Below, piece by piece: positions 26,965-41,849 of a DNA stretch of 64,000 nucleotides. The notes beneath the pieces were generated by a model. That model did not search any database. It saw nothing but the letters and a program-made list of their open reading frames with translations, and was not told the origin of the DNA. The stretch's first letter is position 1; every line of letters starts with the position of its first letter. The position numbers were made by a program, and so were the translations under genes. Source of the stretch: Eledone cirrhosa. Taxonomy: Eukaryota. The stretch is taken from positions 281,108,001 through 281,172,000 of the forward strand of contig OZ024741.1 of assembly GCA_964016885.1 (NCBI GenBank), read 5' to 3'.

Positions 26965-27487
26965 TAACATTATTCTAGATATTAATTTAATTTAAATGTT
27001 AGTTAACCTATAAATTTAATTTAATTAATATTTTATTACAGATGAGAAAATATTATGTAATCATAAATTGTGAAAAACCTTTAAATATTACTAATATATA
27101 CTTAGTAATTTAATTTATAGATTAATTTTAATTTATTTAAACCTTTTATTATAATTCTTTTACTGATAAAATATAACAAAATAATATCATGTATCCAATG
27201 ACGGAGAAATAATTTTTAGTATTATAGACCTAATTAATATACATTTTGGAAATATATTTATTATTTGGTTTTAGTTTTAATCAACCTAAAAATTTTAATT
27301 TTAATTTGCTTAAAATTAGTATCCTTATACAGACGAATTGCGGAATGTCATGTAATCATAGAATGGGATGTGTTTTGGATATATACCTAGTTAATATATT
27401 CTGTGCAATTTTTTGAAAAAGATATGTATATGTATATGTGTATGTATATGTGTGTGTTGTGTATGTGTATCTGTATGTATGTATATA

Positions 27488-27544
<57 letters not shown>

Positions 27545-28690
27545 GTGTGTATATGTATGTATATGTGTATGTGTATGTATATGTATATGTATGCGTATTA
27601 ATTTTGATTTCTATTTGCATATAATTATATTATGCTATTGATGAAATACAATATCTGCTTTATGTATTGTATACCTAATTAACATATACTAATTAACGTA
27701 TACTATTGAAATAAATATATAATTTTTAATTTAGTTAACATATAATTTATATGCTACTACCGATGTAATACTTTATTTTATTTTTATTTGGGTTTCTTTT
27801 CCCTATTACTAAATTCATCTCCTAATATTGATACCATAACGTTATTAACTTTAATTTAGTTATAATGTAATTAATAATCTACTACTGTTTGACTTCAAAA
27901 TTCTGCTTCAAATATTATAAACCTAACTAATTTACACCTTAGAAATCAATATGTTGACTATCTTTGGTTTAGTTAACATATGATTAATGGTATACTTATT
28001 TATTTTGAGATGCATAGATTTCGTATTTCCTAGCACTGAAAATATGTAAGAACATACATTGTATTAAGATACGGAAAATATTATATGTTTCTTGAAACAT
28101 ATATTTACTTTGATCCCTTTCTCCAAACCCCCCCTTTCCCCCATACTATTATCATCTGTATTTGTAAGCGTCTATGTATGAATATATATGTAGGTAGGTG
28201 TCTATATAGGTTTGGGTATTTATATCTAAATATAAAAATACATATATGAGCATGCAAATATGAATGTAAGATTGTGTGTATATATATGATTGTACATACA
28301 TATGTATGTATATATATGTATATATATGCATTATATATGTATGTGTATGTGAATGTGTTGTATGTATATGTGTATGTATGTGTATATATGTGTATGTATG
28401 TGTATGTTTGTATATATAGGAATATATATATGTGTATATATGTATGTATATGTATATGCGTGTATGTATGTATGTGTATGTGTGTTGTGTATATATATGT
28501 ATGTCTCTCTATTTATATGTTTATCTTCGTATCTATGTGATATATGTGTGTGTGTGTGCACGTATGCATATGTATGTGTTTGTGTGTGTTTGTATGTGTG
28601 TGTGTATATATGTGTATGTGCGCACACACACATACACATATATATATATATATGTGAGTGTGTATGTGTGTCTGTGTGTGTGTGTATGTG

Positions 28691-28728
<38 letters not shown>

Positions 28729-29037
28729 GATATATATATATATATATATATATAGGTGTCTATGTGTGAATATATGTCTTTATTCGTATGTGTGTATTTA
28801 TGTATGTATATATTTATGTGTATGTATGTATGTGTATGTATGTATGTATATATATATATATATATATATGTATATGTATATATATATATGTATATTATTC
28901 TTTATTATTATAATATAACTTATGTGTATATGTGTATAAGTGAGGTTGTGTATGTATATATAATATGTGTATATATAAGAGTAATAAAATATATATATAT
29001 ATATATATGTGCATGTCTGTTTTTTATGTGTGTGTAT

Positions 29038-29083
<46 letters not shown>

Positions 29084-29210
29084 GTGTGTGTATATAGGTA
29101 TATATATATATATATATACATGTGGGTGTTTGTATGTGTATTTATGGTGGTATGAGTGTGTGGATATATATGTTTGTGTATATATATATATATATATATG
29201 TATGAGTCTA

Positions 29211-29259
<49 letters not shown>

Positions 29260-29577
29260 ATATATGTGTGTGTATATATATGTATATGTGTGTGTATGTG
29301 TGTATATATATATATATCTCTATTAATGCGTGTGTGTATGTATATACATATGCCTTTTTATTATTATTTTTATTTGTATGTCTGAGTTTGGTGAGGTTGT
29401 ATTGTTTTTTATGTATATACACATATATGGAAGCGTATGTATTTATATATATGAGTATAAGTAGGTGCATATGTATGTATGATTATATATCTAATTCTAT
29501 GTATGAAGGTACATCTATATATATATATATACGTGTGTATGTAAGTTGTGTGTGTATGTATCTATATGTCTATGTGA

Positions 29578-29619
<42 letters not shown>

Positions 29620-29710
29620 CGATGTGCGTATATGTATGTACATGTATGTACATGTATGTGTGTATGTATGTGTATGTATATTTAGATGTATGTGTATGTA
29701 TATGTATGTG

Positions 29711-29761
<51 letters not shown>

Positions 29762-31081
29762 ATATATATATATATATGGATATATATCTTTATTATCTAT
29801 TTTTTATATATATGTGTATGTGTGTATGTGTTGCGCGTGTGTGTGTGTATATATATATATCTTTTTATATGTGTATGTGTGTGTTCGTGTAAGTGTATGT
29901 GTGTGTATGACTGTATATGTATGTGTGTATGTGTGTATGCGTAAATATCTCTATGTGCGCGTACATGTATGTATGTGTATATATATCTGTATGTGTATGT
30001 ATATTATATTATATTTATTATATTTTATTGTTTTGTTTTTTTATTTTTCTTAATTTATAGATACATTTATATTAGGCAGTCTGCTCAGACAATTGAATAC
30101 TGACCCCTCCCCCCCCTCCCACCTAATTTCTGTATCTTGATCTTGAAATGTGTGTGCCAGTGTTTTATGTGAGTGACTTAATTTCTATGTGCTTATGATT
30201 TTATATCCACATATATAAATGTGAGTGGGAGAGTGTGTGTGTTTGTATGTTCGTGGTTATGTGTATATTTATGCATATACGCGCATGTATGTGTGATTAT
30301 ACTGATATGTGTGAGTATGAAAAAATATATTTATATGCTTGACTCCATAAGTATCAATGCGCATCTTATCAGCGCATTAAGCTTGCAGAGATATTAACCT
30401 TGAAATTTTGTGTTTGCATCCATCTTTTTAGTATGCGTATACAAATTATACACACATTTTTGTAAAATATGTGTAAGGATTTTACATGTATATACACACA
30501 CCGAACTGCTTTTAACCCTTTGTGTTTTCATTGGTCAATTTTGAACTGATATTTTGAATTGTTGTTATTATCAATAAATATACTTCATTATTTCTGAAGA
30601 CGGCGTATATATGTGTTAGGTATGTATATTTAATCTTGATAATTTGTATAATTTTGTATAATTTTGTACATAGATCTGTTGAATATGCATACCAATTATA
30701 ACACATATATACCCTAGAAACGATCGTTAAATAATGAACTTTTTTTGTTTAATATAAGGAATTGTTTATTCATTATTTGTTTAATATTTTATCTTGACTC
30801 TGTATACCGTTTATCTTTCACCGAAAGTGGATTTTCATTACATCTCTTCTTTCCATGATATCCGGAATACATTGAGTTCTTCATACGGATTGGACACTAC
30901 CGTAAACTCTTGGTAGATTTATCTACATAATTTTGCTCCTATTTTCACGGAAATATTCGTATTTTTGTACTGTATGTGTGTATTAATTTTATATTTATGT
31001 ATAAACATATATATATGTATGATTTTGTAAACCCATATACATTTAGTTGAGCTCTTTCAATTGTCCATCATCCATATCACA

Positions 31082-33523
31082 ATGGAAAAACAATATTTAG
31101 GAACCTCCTTAAAAAACATACCAATACCTTCTAAGGACGACTTCTTACTCCTTATGATTCAGAAAACTAATAATTTTATCAGAAGGGTTAGATGGAGAGC
31201 CTACCACTTCGATAGAAAATCTAAACAAGCAGATCGGAAATATATGTATGATTTCAATACTTACAAGAATCCACCACACAACTTTTTACTTGAAGACTTC
31301 GAGAAAGACCTTTTTAATTTAATTAAACACCTCAAATTTAAAAAGTATAAATCCGTCTTTCAAAAGGACCTTGATTCTACCCTATTGGACCTAAAAAAGT
31401 CTAAAAAAATCCATGTCCACTCGGACAAAACTGGTAACTTGTATCATATGGATATTGAACATTATAATGAGTTCATATATAAAGAACTCAGAAAAAATTA
31501 TAAAAAATCTAATAATGTGTCACTCACCAACATCAACAACAAAACACACAACATAGTAAAAAAACTAAACATTGAAGATAGAACTGAACCTTTGGCATTG
31601 AAAAGACCACACTTCAACCTGAAAGATCACAAATCTAACTTTAACTCTAATCCTTCTATTAGACTTATATGTCCCTCCAAATCAGATATTGGAATAATTA
31701 GCAAAAAAATTTTAGATAGAGTCATCCCACAAATAAGAAAACACGTTATTTTACCACTCTGGGAAAACACCTCCCAGGTAATTAACTGGTTTAAAAATAT
31801 TAGGTGTAAATCTTCTGCTTCTTTCCTACAATTTGATATAGATAACTACTATTCTTCTATATCACCTATACTCCTGAACAAAGCATTAATATTTGCTAAA
31901 AATAGATCTAATTTAACTTCGGATGACATTAACATTATTACACATGCTAGACTAACACTTATTGAATTTCAGAATGAATACTGGACCAGAAACACATACA
32001 GTAATCTTTTTGATATTACTATGGGTTCAAGCGATTCCGCCCAAATTACTGATCTTGTGGGCCTCTTTCTCCTTTTCAACATAAATGCCTCTTTTCCCCA
32101 CCTCAAAGGTGGTTTATATCGTGATGACTGTCTTCTTCTTTCTAACAACCTTAGCCTTTCAGAAATCGAAAAAAACAAAAAACATATTAGAACTTTCCTT
32201 AAAGACTATTATAATCTTAATATTACTTTTGAAAAAACAAGTAAAGTAGTAAATTTCCTAGATATAACTTTAGATTTAGCTACGGGTATATACCAACCTT
32301 ACCATAAACCTAACCAAAACTTACATTACATACACTCACAATCTAATCACCCTAAATCTATCCTTAAAAACCTTGCATATAATATATCACTTAGAATTTC
32401 TAACCTTTCTTCTAACCAAGATGTATTTGATAAAAATGCGACCTTTTATAATGAAGCTCTAGATAGAAGTGGCCACAAAAATAGATTAGAGTATATACCT
32501 TCTACTAAAAATACTGAAAGCATACAGCATAATATTACCAACAAACACCAAATGAAAAGTACACACCTAAATGCCACCCACAATATACCCCAAAATACTA
32601 AATCTTCTAATATAAAGTGTAGTAACCCTCAAAAAACTACTCATCATACAACTATAATAAATATTAATAATAAAACTCCTAATAAAAAAGATAAAACACC
32701 TAAATCTACAAATATAACTAAAAATAGTTGTGGTGAGATCATTAACATTAATCCTCCTAGTAAAAATCATGATACAACCTATAAAAATAATAAAAATAAT
32801 AAACAACATAGAAACCGTAATAGACGAGTTACTTGGTATAATGCTCCTTTTAATTTACAAGTTAAGGATAATATTGCTAAAAAATTTTTTTATATCCTTG
32901 AGAAAAACTTCCCGCCAAACCACAAATACCATCAAATCTTAAATAGGTCTACAGTTAAATTCTCATACTCTACAACAAATAACATAAAACAAAATATAAG
33001 TGCATATAATGCATATAAATGTAAGAAAACCATAAGTATACCACCAGTACATCAAATTAACAATAATATCTCCTCAAATACAGAATTAACGAAAGGATGT
33101 AACTGTAGAAACAAAACAAACTGCCCATTAAAAGGGAATTGTCTTGTTAACAACATAGTCTATAAATGTAATGTTAAAACTAAAGATTCTATTTGCTCAT
33201 ATATAGGAGCTACCTCTAACAATTTTAAGACAAGGTTTAATACCCACAAGCATAGTTTTAAAAATGCCGCACTGGCTAATACAACATCTCTAGCAGAAAA
33301 AATCAATAGTTATAAAAATAAGAATATAAAATATGATTTGACCTGGAGTGTGCTCAAAAGAGCCACCCCTTATCAAAATAATAGAAAGGAATGTAGATTA
33401 TGTTCCCAAGAACTATTTGAAATAATGAAGTCTAAGGATATCTTATTAAATAAACGACAGGAATTAATTATATCGTGTAATCATAAACTAAAAAAAACAT
33501 TTAAATATTATAAACCTAATTAA
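31082..33523 (+). CDS. Second intact copy of the PLE polyprotein
   Basis: Same protein as the first copy except F/I swaps at two A-run/T-run boundaries (KKFLD/KKILD, KKIFY/KKFFY). Confidence 0.93.
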   Translation: MEKQYLGTSLKNIPIPSKDDFLLLMIQKTNNFIRRVRWRAYHFDRKSKQADRKYMYDFNTYKNPPHNFLLEDFEKDLFNLIKHLKFKKYKSVFQKDLDSTLLDLKKSKKIHVHSDKTGNLYHMDIEHYNEFIYKELRKNYKKSNNVSLTNINNKTHNIVKKLNIEDRTEPLALKRPHFNLKDHKSNFNSNPSIRLICPSKSDIGIISKKILDRVIPQIRKHVILPLWENTSQVINWFKNIRCKSSASFLQFDIDNYYSSISPILLNKALIFAKNRSNLTSDDINIITHARLTLIEFQNEYWTRNTYSNLFDITMGSSDSAQITDLVGLFLLFNINASFPHLKGGLYRDDCLLLSNNLSLSEIEKNKKHIRTFLKDYYNLNITFEKTSKVVNFLDITLDLATGIYQPYHKPNQNLHYIHSQSNHPKSILKNLAYNISLRISNLSSNQDVFDKNATFYNEALDRSGHKNRLEYIPSTKNTESIQHNITNKHQMKSTHLNATHNIPQNTKSSNIKCSNPQKTTHHTTIININNKTPNKKDKTPKSTNITKNSCGEIININPPSKNHDTTYKNNKNNKQHRNRNRRVTWYNAPFNLQVKDNIAKKFFYILEKNFPPNHKYHQILNRSTVKFSYSTTNNIKQNISAYNAYKCKKTISIPPVHQINNNISSNTELTKGCNCRNKTNCPLKGNCLVNNIVYKCNVKTKDSICSYIGATSNNFKTRFNTHKHSFKNAALANTTSLAEKINSYKNKNIKYDLTWSVLKRATPYQNNRKECRLCSQELFEIMKSKDILLNKRQELIISCNHKLKKTFKYYKPN

Positions 33524-34046
33524 TAACATTATTCTAGATATTAATTTAATTTAAATGTTAGTTAACCTATAAATTTAATTTAATTAATATTTTATTACAG
33601 ATGAGAAAATATTATGTAATCATAAATTGTGAAAAACCTTTAAATATTACTAATATATACTTAGTAATTTAATTTATAGATTAATTTTAATTTATTTAAA
33701 CCTTTTATTATAATTCTTTTACAGATAAAATATAACAAAATAATATCATGTATCCAATGACGGAGAAATAATTTTTAGTATTATAGACCTAATTAATATA
33801 CATTTTGGAAATATATTTATTATTTGGTTTTAGTTTTAATCAACCTAAAAATTTTAATTTTAATTTGCTTAAAATTAGTATCCTTATACAGACGAATTGC
33901 GGAATGTCATGTAATCATAGAATGGGATGTGTTTTGGATATATACCTAGTTAATATATTCTGTGCAATTTTTTGAAAAAGATATGTATATGTATATGTGT
34001 ATGTATATGTGTGTGTTGTGTATGTGTATCTGTATGTATGTATATA

Positions 34047-34101
<55 letters not shown>

Positions 34102-35249
34102 GTGTGTATATGTATGTATATGTGTATGTGTATGTATATGTATATGTATGCGTATTAATTTTGATTTCTATTTGCATATAATTATATTATGCTATTGATG
34201 AAATACAATATCTGCTTTATGTATTGTATACCTAATTAACATATACTAATTAACGTATACTATTGAAATAAATATATAATTTTTAATTTAGTTAACATAT
34301 AATTTATATGCTACTACCGATGTAATACTTTATTTTATTTTTATTTGGGTTTCTTTTCCCTATTACTAAATTCATCTCCTAATATTGATACCATAACGTT
34401 ATTAACTTTAATTTAGTTATAATGTAATTAATAATCTACTACTGTTTGACTTCAAAATTCTGCTTCAAATATTATAAACCTAACTAATTTACACCTTAGA
34501 AATCAATATGTTGACTATCTTTGGTTTAGTTAACATATGATTAATGGTATACTTATTTATTTTGAGATGCATAGATTTCGTATTTCCTAGCACTGAAAAT
34601 ATGTAAGAACATACATTGTATTAAGATACGGAAAATATTATATGTTTCTTGAAACATATATTTACTTTGATCCCTTTCTCCAAACCCCCCCTTTCCCCCA
34701 TACTATTATCATCTGTATTTGTAAGCGTCTATGTATGAATATATATGTAGGTAGGTGTCTATATAGGTTTGGGTATTTATATCTAAATATAAAAATACAT
34801 ATATGAGCATGCAAATATGAATGTAAGATTGTGTGTGTATATATGATTGTACATACATATGTATGTATATATATGTATATATATGCATTATATATGTATG
34901 TGTATGTGAATGTGTTGTATGTATATGTGTATGTATGTGTATATATGTGTATGTATGTGTATGTTTGTATATATAGGAATATATATATGTGTATATATGT
35001 ATGTATATGTATATGCGTGTATGTATGTATGTGTATGTGTGTTGTGTATATATATGTATGTCTCTCTATTTATATGTTTATCTTCGTATCTATGTGATAT
35101 ATGTGTGTGTGTGTGCACGTATGCATATGTATGTGTTTGTGTGTGTTTGTATGTGTGTGTGTATATATGTGTATGTGCGCACACACACATACACATATAT
35201 ATATATATATGTGAGTGTGTATGTGTGTCTGTGTGTGTGTGTGTGTGTG

Positions 35250-35289
<40 letters not shown>

Positions 35290-35607
35290 GATATATATAT
35301 ATATATATATATATAGGTGTCTATGTGTGAATATATGTCTTTATTCGTATGTGTGTATTTATGTATGTATATATTTATGTGTATGTATGTATGTGTATGT
35401 ATGTATGTATATATATATATATATATATATGTATATGTATATATATATATGTATATTATTCTTTATTATTATAATATAACTTATGTGTATATGTGTATAA
35501 GTGAGGTTGTGTATGTATATATAATATGTGTATATATAAGAGTAATAAAATATATATATATATATATGTGCATGTCTGTTTTTTATGTGTGTGTATATAT
35601 ATATGTA

Positions 35608-35881
35608 GTATTAGTTATACTATTTATGGTTATGTAAACACAAAACCTTAAGCAGTTGTAAGTATTTTACACACACCCTAAATAGTGGTAGGCAGTAATG
35701 TATTACTACCTTATTACCAGTATCAATGTTTGAATATGTATTGGTATGTCTCTCGGCTGAAAAGGAGGTCATATAACTGTCCATGCATTAATAAATTGCT
35801 CCGAAGAATCCAAACCTCGGTTTGGAGGAAACAGCTGTAAGCACAATAATGTTTTGAACAGTTCTTTGATTCATATATTTC
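35608..35881 (+). mobile_element. 274-bp nested insertion (PLE 3' end or retrozyme-like) with an HHR variant at 35797-35843
   Basis: Absent from the other array units; 13-bp TSD atatatatatgta (35595-35607 and 35882-35894); tgct-CCGAAGA-a-tccaaacc-tc-ggtttgga-g-GAAA-cagctg-TA-agca. Confidence 0.8.
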
Positions 35882-35883
35882 AT

Positions 35884-35926
<43 letters not shown>

Positions 35927-36054
35927 CGTGTGTGTATATAGGTATATATATATATATATATACATGTGGGTGTTTGTATGTGTATTTATGGTGGTATGAG
36001 TGTGTGGATATATATGTTTGTGTATATATATATATATATATATGTATGAGTCTA

Positions 36055-36119
<65 letters not shown>

Positions 36120-36437
36120 ATATATGTGTGTGTATATATATGTATATGTGTGTGTATGTGTGTATATATATATATATCTCTATTAATGCGTGTGTGTATG
36201 TATATACATATGCCTTTTTATTATTATTTTTATTTGTATGTCTGAGTTTGGTGAGGTTGTATTGTTTTTTATGTATATACACATATATGGAAGCGTATGT
36301 ATTTATATATATGAGTATAAGTAGGTGCATATGTATGTATGATTATATATCTAATTCTATGTATGAAGGTACATCTATATATATATATATACGTGTGTAT
36401 GTAAGTTGTGTGTGTATGTATCTATATGTCTATGTGA

Positions 36438-36483
<46 letters not shown>

Positions 36484-36574
36484 CGATGTGCGTATATGTA
36501 TGTACATGTATGTACATGTATGTGTGTATGTATGTGTATGTATATTTAGATGTATGTGTATGTATTTGTATGTG

Positions 36575-36627
<53 letters not shown>

Positions 36628-37648
36628 ATATATATATATATATGGATATATATCTTTATTATCTATTTTTTATATATATGTGTATGTGTGTATGTGTTGC
36701 GCGTGTGTGTGTGTATATATATATATCTTTTTATATGTGTATGTGTGTGTTCGTGTAAGTGTATGTGTGTGTATGACTGTATATGTATGTGTGTATGTGT
36801 GTATGCGTAAATATCTCTATGTGCGCGTACATGTATGTATGTGTATATATATCTGTATGTGTATGTATATTATATTATATTTATTATATTTTATTGTTTT
36901 GTTTTTTTATTTTTCTTAATTTATAGATACATTTATATTAGGCAGTCTGCTCAGACAATTGAATACTGACCCCTCCCCCCCCTCCCACCTAATTTCTGTA
37001 TCTTGATCTTGAAATGTGTGTGCCAGTGTTTTATGTGAGTGACTTAATTTCTATGTGCTTATGATTTTATATCCACATATATAAATGTGAGTGGGAGAGT
37101 GTGTGTGTTTGTATGTTCGTGGTTATGTGTATATTTATGCATATACGCGCATGTATGTGTGATTATACTGATATGTGTGAGTATGAAAAAATATATTTAT
37201 ATGCTTGACTCCATAAGTATCAATGCGCATCTTATCAGCGCATTAAGCTTGCAGAGATATTAACCTTGAAATTTTGTGTTTGCATCCATCTTTTTAGTAT
37301 GCGTATACAAATTATACACACATTTTTGTAAAATATGTGTAAGGATTTTACATGTATATACACACACCGAACTGCTTTTAACCCTTTGTGTTTTCATTGG
37401 TCAATTTTGAACTGATATTTTGAATTGTTGTTATTATCAATAAATATACTTCATTATTTCTGAAGACGGCGTATATATGTGTTAGGTATGTATATTTAAT
37501 CTTGATAATTTGTATAATTTTGTATAATTTTGTACATAGATCTGTTGAATATGCATACCAATTATAACACATATATACCCTAGAAACGATCGTTAAATAA
37601 TGAACTTTTTTTGTTTAATATAAGGAATTGTTTATTCATTATTTGTTT

Positions 37649-39038
<1,390 letters not shown>

Positions 39039-39045
<7 letters not shown>

Positions 39046-39907
39046 CAAATAACGAAACGAAATTAAATTTCGTTTCGTTTGTAACTCACTTTTGTATGAC
39101 TGACGCTTAAACAATTAAGTTAAATGTGTACATCCACATATGTATACTGAAATACTAGTATGCATATAAATACACACACGTATACATATGTACATGCAAC
39201 CGAGTTTTTCACTGGACACTTTACTGTGAGTGTCCAGCTAGTCTGTATGTAACCAAACAGACAAACCGGTTTTTAGAGTCATACGGGTTTTCAAGGAAAC
39301 ACCTTTCCTCTATTCTCCAGAGAGCCAGACAGGAATATTGGACTAGTTTCGATGTTATTACATCTCATCAGCAATATATACCAATCTTCCGGCTTCTCTG
39401 GAGAATTGTAAAAGCACATATCGTTATATGCTTTTCCTATGAAAATTAGTAGTGGGCAGACTAATTTGCATAGAACGTGAGTACGCACCGGTTCAGCGGA
39501 AACGATAAAAACAAATAACGTAACGAAATTAAATTTCGTTTCGTTTGTAACTCACTTTTGTATGACTGACGCTTAAACAATTAAGTTAAAAGTGTACATC
39601 CACATATGTATACTGAAATACTAGTATGCATATAAATACACACACGTATACATATGTACATGTACCGAGTTTTTCACTGTACACTTTACTGTGAGTGTCC
39701 AGCTAGTCTGTATGTAACCAAACAGACAAACCGGTTTTTAGACTCTAAAAACCGGTTTGTCTGTTTGGTTACATACAGACTAGCTGGACACTCACAGTAA
39801 ATTGTCCAGTGAAAAACTCGGTACATGTACATATGTATACGTGTGTGTATTTATATGCATACTAGTATTTCAGTATACATATGTGGATGTACACTTTTAA
39901 CTTAATT
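39039..39907 (-). mobile_element. Non-coding retrozyme-like element: ~466-nt unit, 1.5 copies in tandem plus inverted 5' segment
   Basis: 39039-39277 recurs at 39505-39742. 39741-39907 is the reverse complement of ~39579-39742. Canonical HHR inside, no credible ORF, flanked by TA/GTAC arrays. Confidence 0.8.
39335..39377 (-). ncRNA. Canonical minimal type-I hammerhead ribozyme
   Basis: Minus strand: atattg-CTGATGA-gatgt-aata-acatc-GAAA-ctag-TC-caatat; GUC cleavage predicted between + positions 39341 and 39340. Confidence 0.88.
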
Positions 39908-40200
39908 ATATATATATATGTATATATATATATGTACGTATATATATATGTATATATATATATATATGTACGTATATATATGTATATATATATATATATG
40001 TACGTATATATATGTATATATATATATATATATGTACGTATATATATGTATATATATATATATATATGTACGTATATATATGTATATATATATATATATG
40101 TATGTATATATATATATATATGTACGTATATATATGTATATATATATATATATGTACGTATATATATGTATATATATATATATATGTACGTATATATATG

Positions 40201-40233
<33 letters not shown>

Positions 40234-40234
40234 G

Positions 40235-40269
<35 letters not shown>

Positions 40270-40282
40270 GTATATATATATG

Positions 40283-40313
<31 letters not shown>

Positions 40314-40802
40314 GTATATATATATGTATATGCATGTATATATATATATGTATATATATATGTATATGCATGTATATATATATATGTATATATATATATG
40401 TATATATATATGTATATGCATGTATATATATATATATGTATATATATATATGTATATATATATGTATATGCATGTATATATATATATGTATATATATATG
40501 TATGTATATATATATATGTATATGTATATGCATGTATATATATGTATATGCATGTATATATATATATGTATATATATATGTATGTATATATATATATGTA
40601 TATGTATATGCATGTATATATATGTATATGCATGTATATATATATATGTAAATATATATGTATGTATATATATATATGTATATATATATGTATGTATATA
40701 TATATATGTATATATATATGTATGTATATATATATATCTATGTATATATATATGTATATGTAGTTATATATGTATGTATATATGTATATGTATATGTAGT
40801 TA

Positions 40803-40833
<31 letters not shown>

Positions 40834-40839
40834 ATGTCG

Positions 40840-40876
<37 letters not shown>

Positions 40877-40877
40877 G

Positions 40878-40939
<62 letters not shown>

Positions 40940-40950
40940 TTATATATATG
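39908..40950. repeat. (TA)n variant array (GTACG, GCATG, GTAGT, TCGT variants in successive blocks)
   Basis: Directly visible. Confidence 0.95.
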
Positions 40951-41849
40951 TAGGAGGTGAGTTTTATTGTAGTACAATAAAGCAATGCAGATATCGGATA
41001 AGAAGCACTCTACAGTTTGTGGGACTGGAGTATGTATAATATAAGATCAAAAGATGGTTAAAGGAGTTCCATATATTTTATTATGCGCATTTCAAAAACA
41101 AACATCATCAAGCAATAATATTTGTGTTTTCATCAGATAAAACAGGAGAACATGATATGAAGGCTAAAAAACACTTGTTGATAGTGCAGTTTTAAATCAA
41201 CATATGAAAAGTGGTTTTAGATTGATGTGTGATATTGGGAAAAATATTTTATTTAGAGAGGGGGGGGGGGAAAGGATGAAAAGGGAAGGAGATGAGAGGG
41301 AGAGATGGGTGATAGAGAGAAAGAGATAGTTTTTATAACTGAGAGGAGATATATTTTTTACATAGAGGGGTTGAAAACCGTTGGAAGATACTGTATAAAT
41401 TAAAAATTTTGAAAATTAACGAAGGGAGGATATGTGCGAGGAAACAATATTTTATTTAGGGAGGGGGGGGGGGATGAAAAAAAAGGGGGGAGGAGATGAG
41501 AGTGAAGGTGGAGAGGGAGAGATGGGTGATAGAGAGAAAGAGATAGTTTTTAGAACTGAGAAAAAGATATATTGTTTTAATATAGAGAGGTTGGGAACCG
41601 TTGGAAGATAATGTATAAATTAAAGGAATTTGAAAATTAACGAAGGGAAATTATGTATGAAGATAGAGAGAAAAAAATAATAATTGTGGGTGAATATTCT
41701 AACGTCAAAAGAAGAAATGTATGTAAATACATACTATCCTAAATTGCAATATAGTTAAACTTAATATTATTAAGAACAATATACGTAATCTCTTTAACCA
41801 ACATAACCTAAAAATTGAATTTGATAATAGTATCAAACTAGCTAATTTC

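Larger units (their letters stand above)
18184..37648 (+). mobile_element. Young PLE tandem array: inverted 5' segment (18184-19603), truncated copy (from ~19709), then two full ~6.56-kb units
   Basis: ORFs at 24502 and 31061 are 6559 bp apart and nearly identical. 18184-19603 is the reverse complement of ~22960-24370. Both ends lie in (TA)n. Confidence 0.95.

Noticed and set aside
39465-39472. Octamer ATTTGCAT as an snRNA-type promoter element
   Set aside because: A single 8-mer within a hairpin arm in AT-rich DNA, with no recognisable PSE/TATA context.
39291-39488. 65-aa minus-strand ORF in the retrozyme-like unit
   Set aside because: Non-ATG start, spans the predicted cleavage site, no motif; the sequence is better explained by RNA helices.
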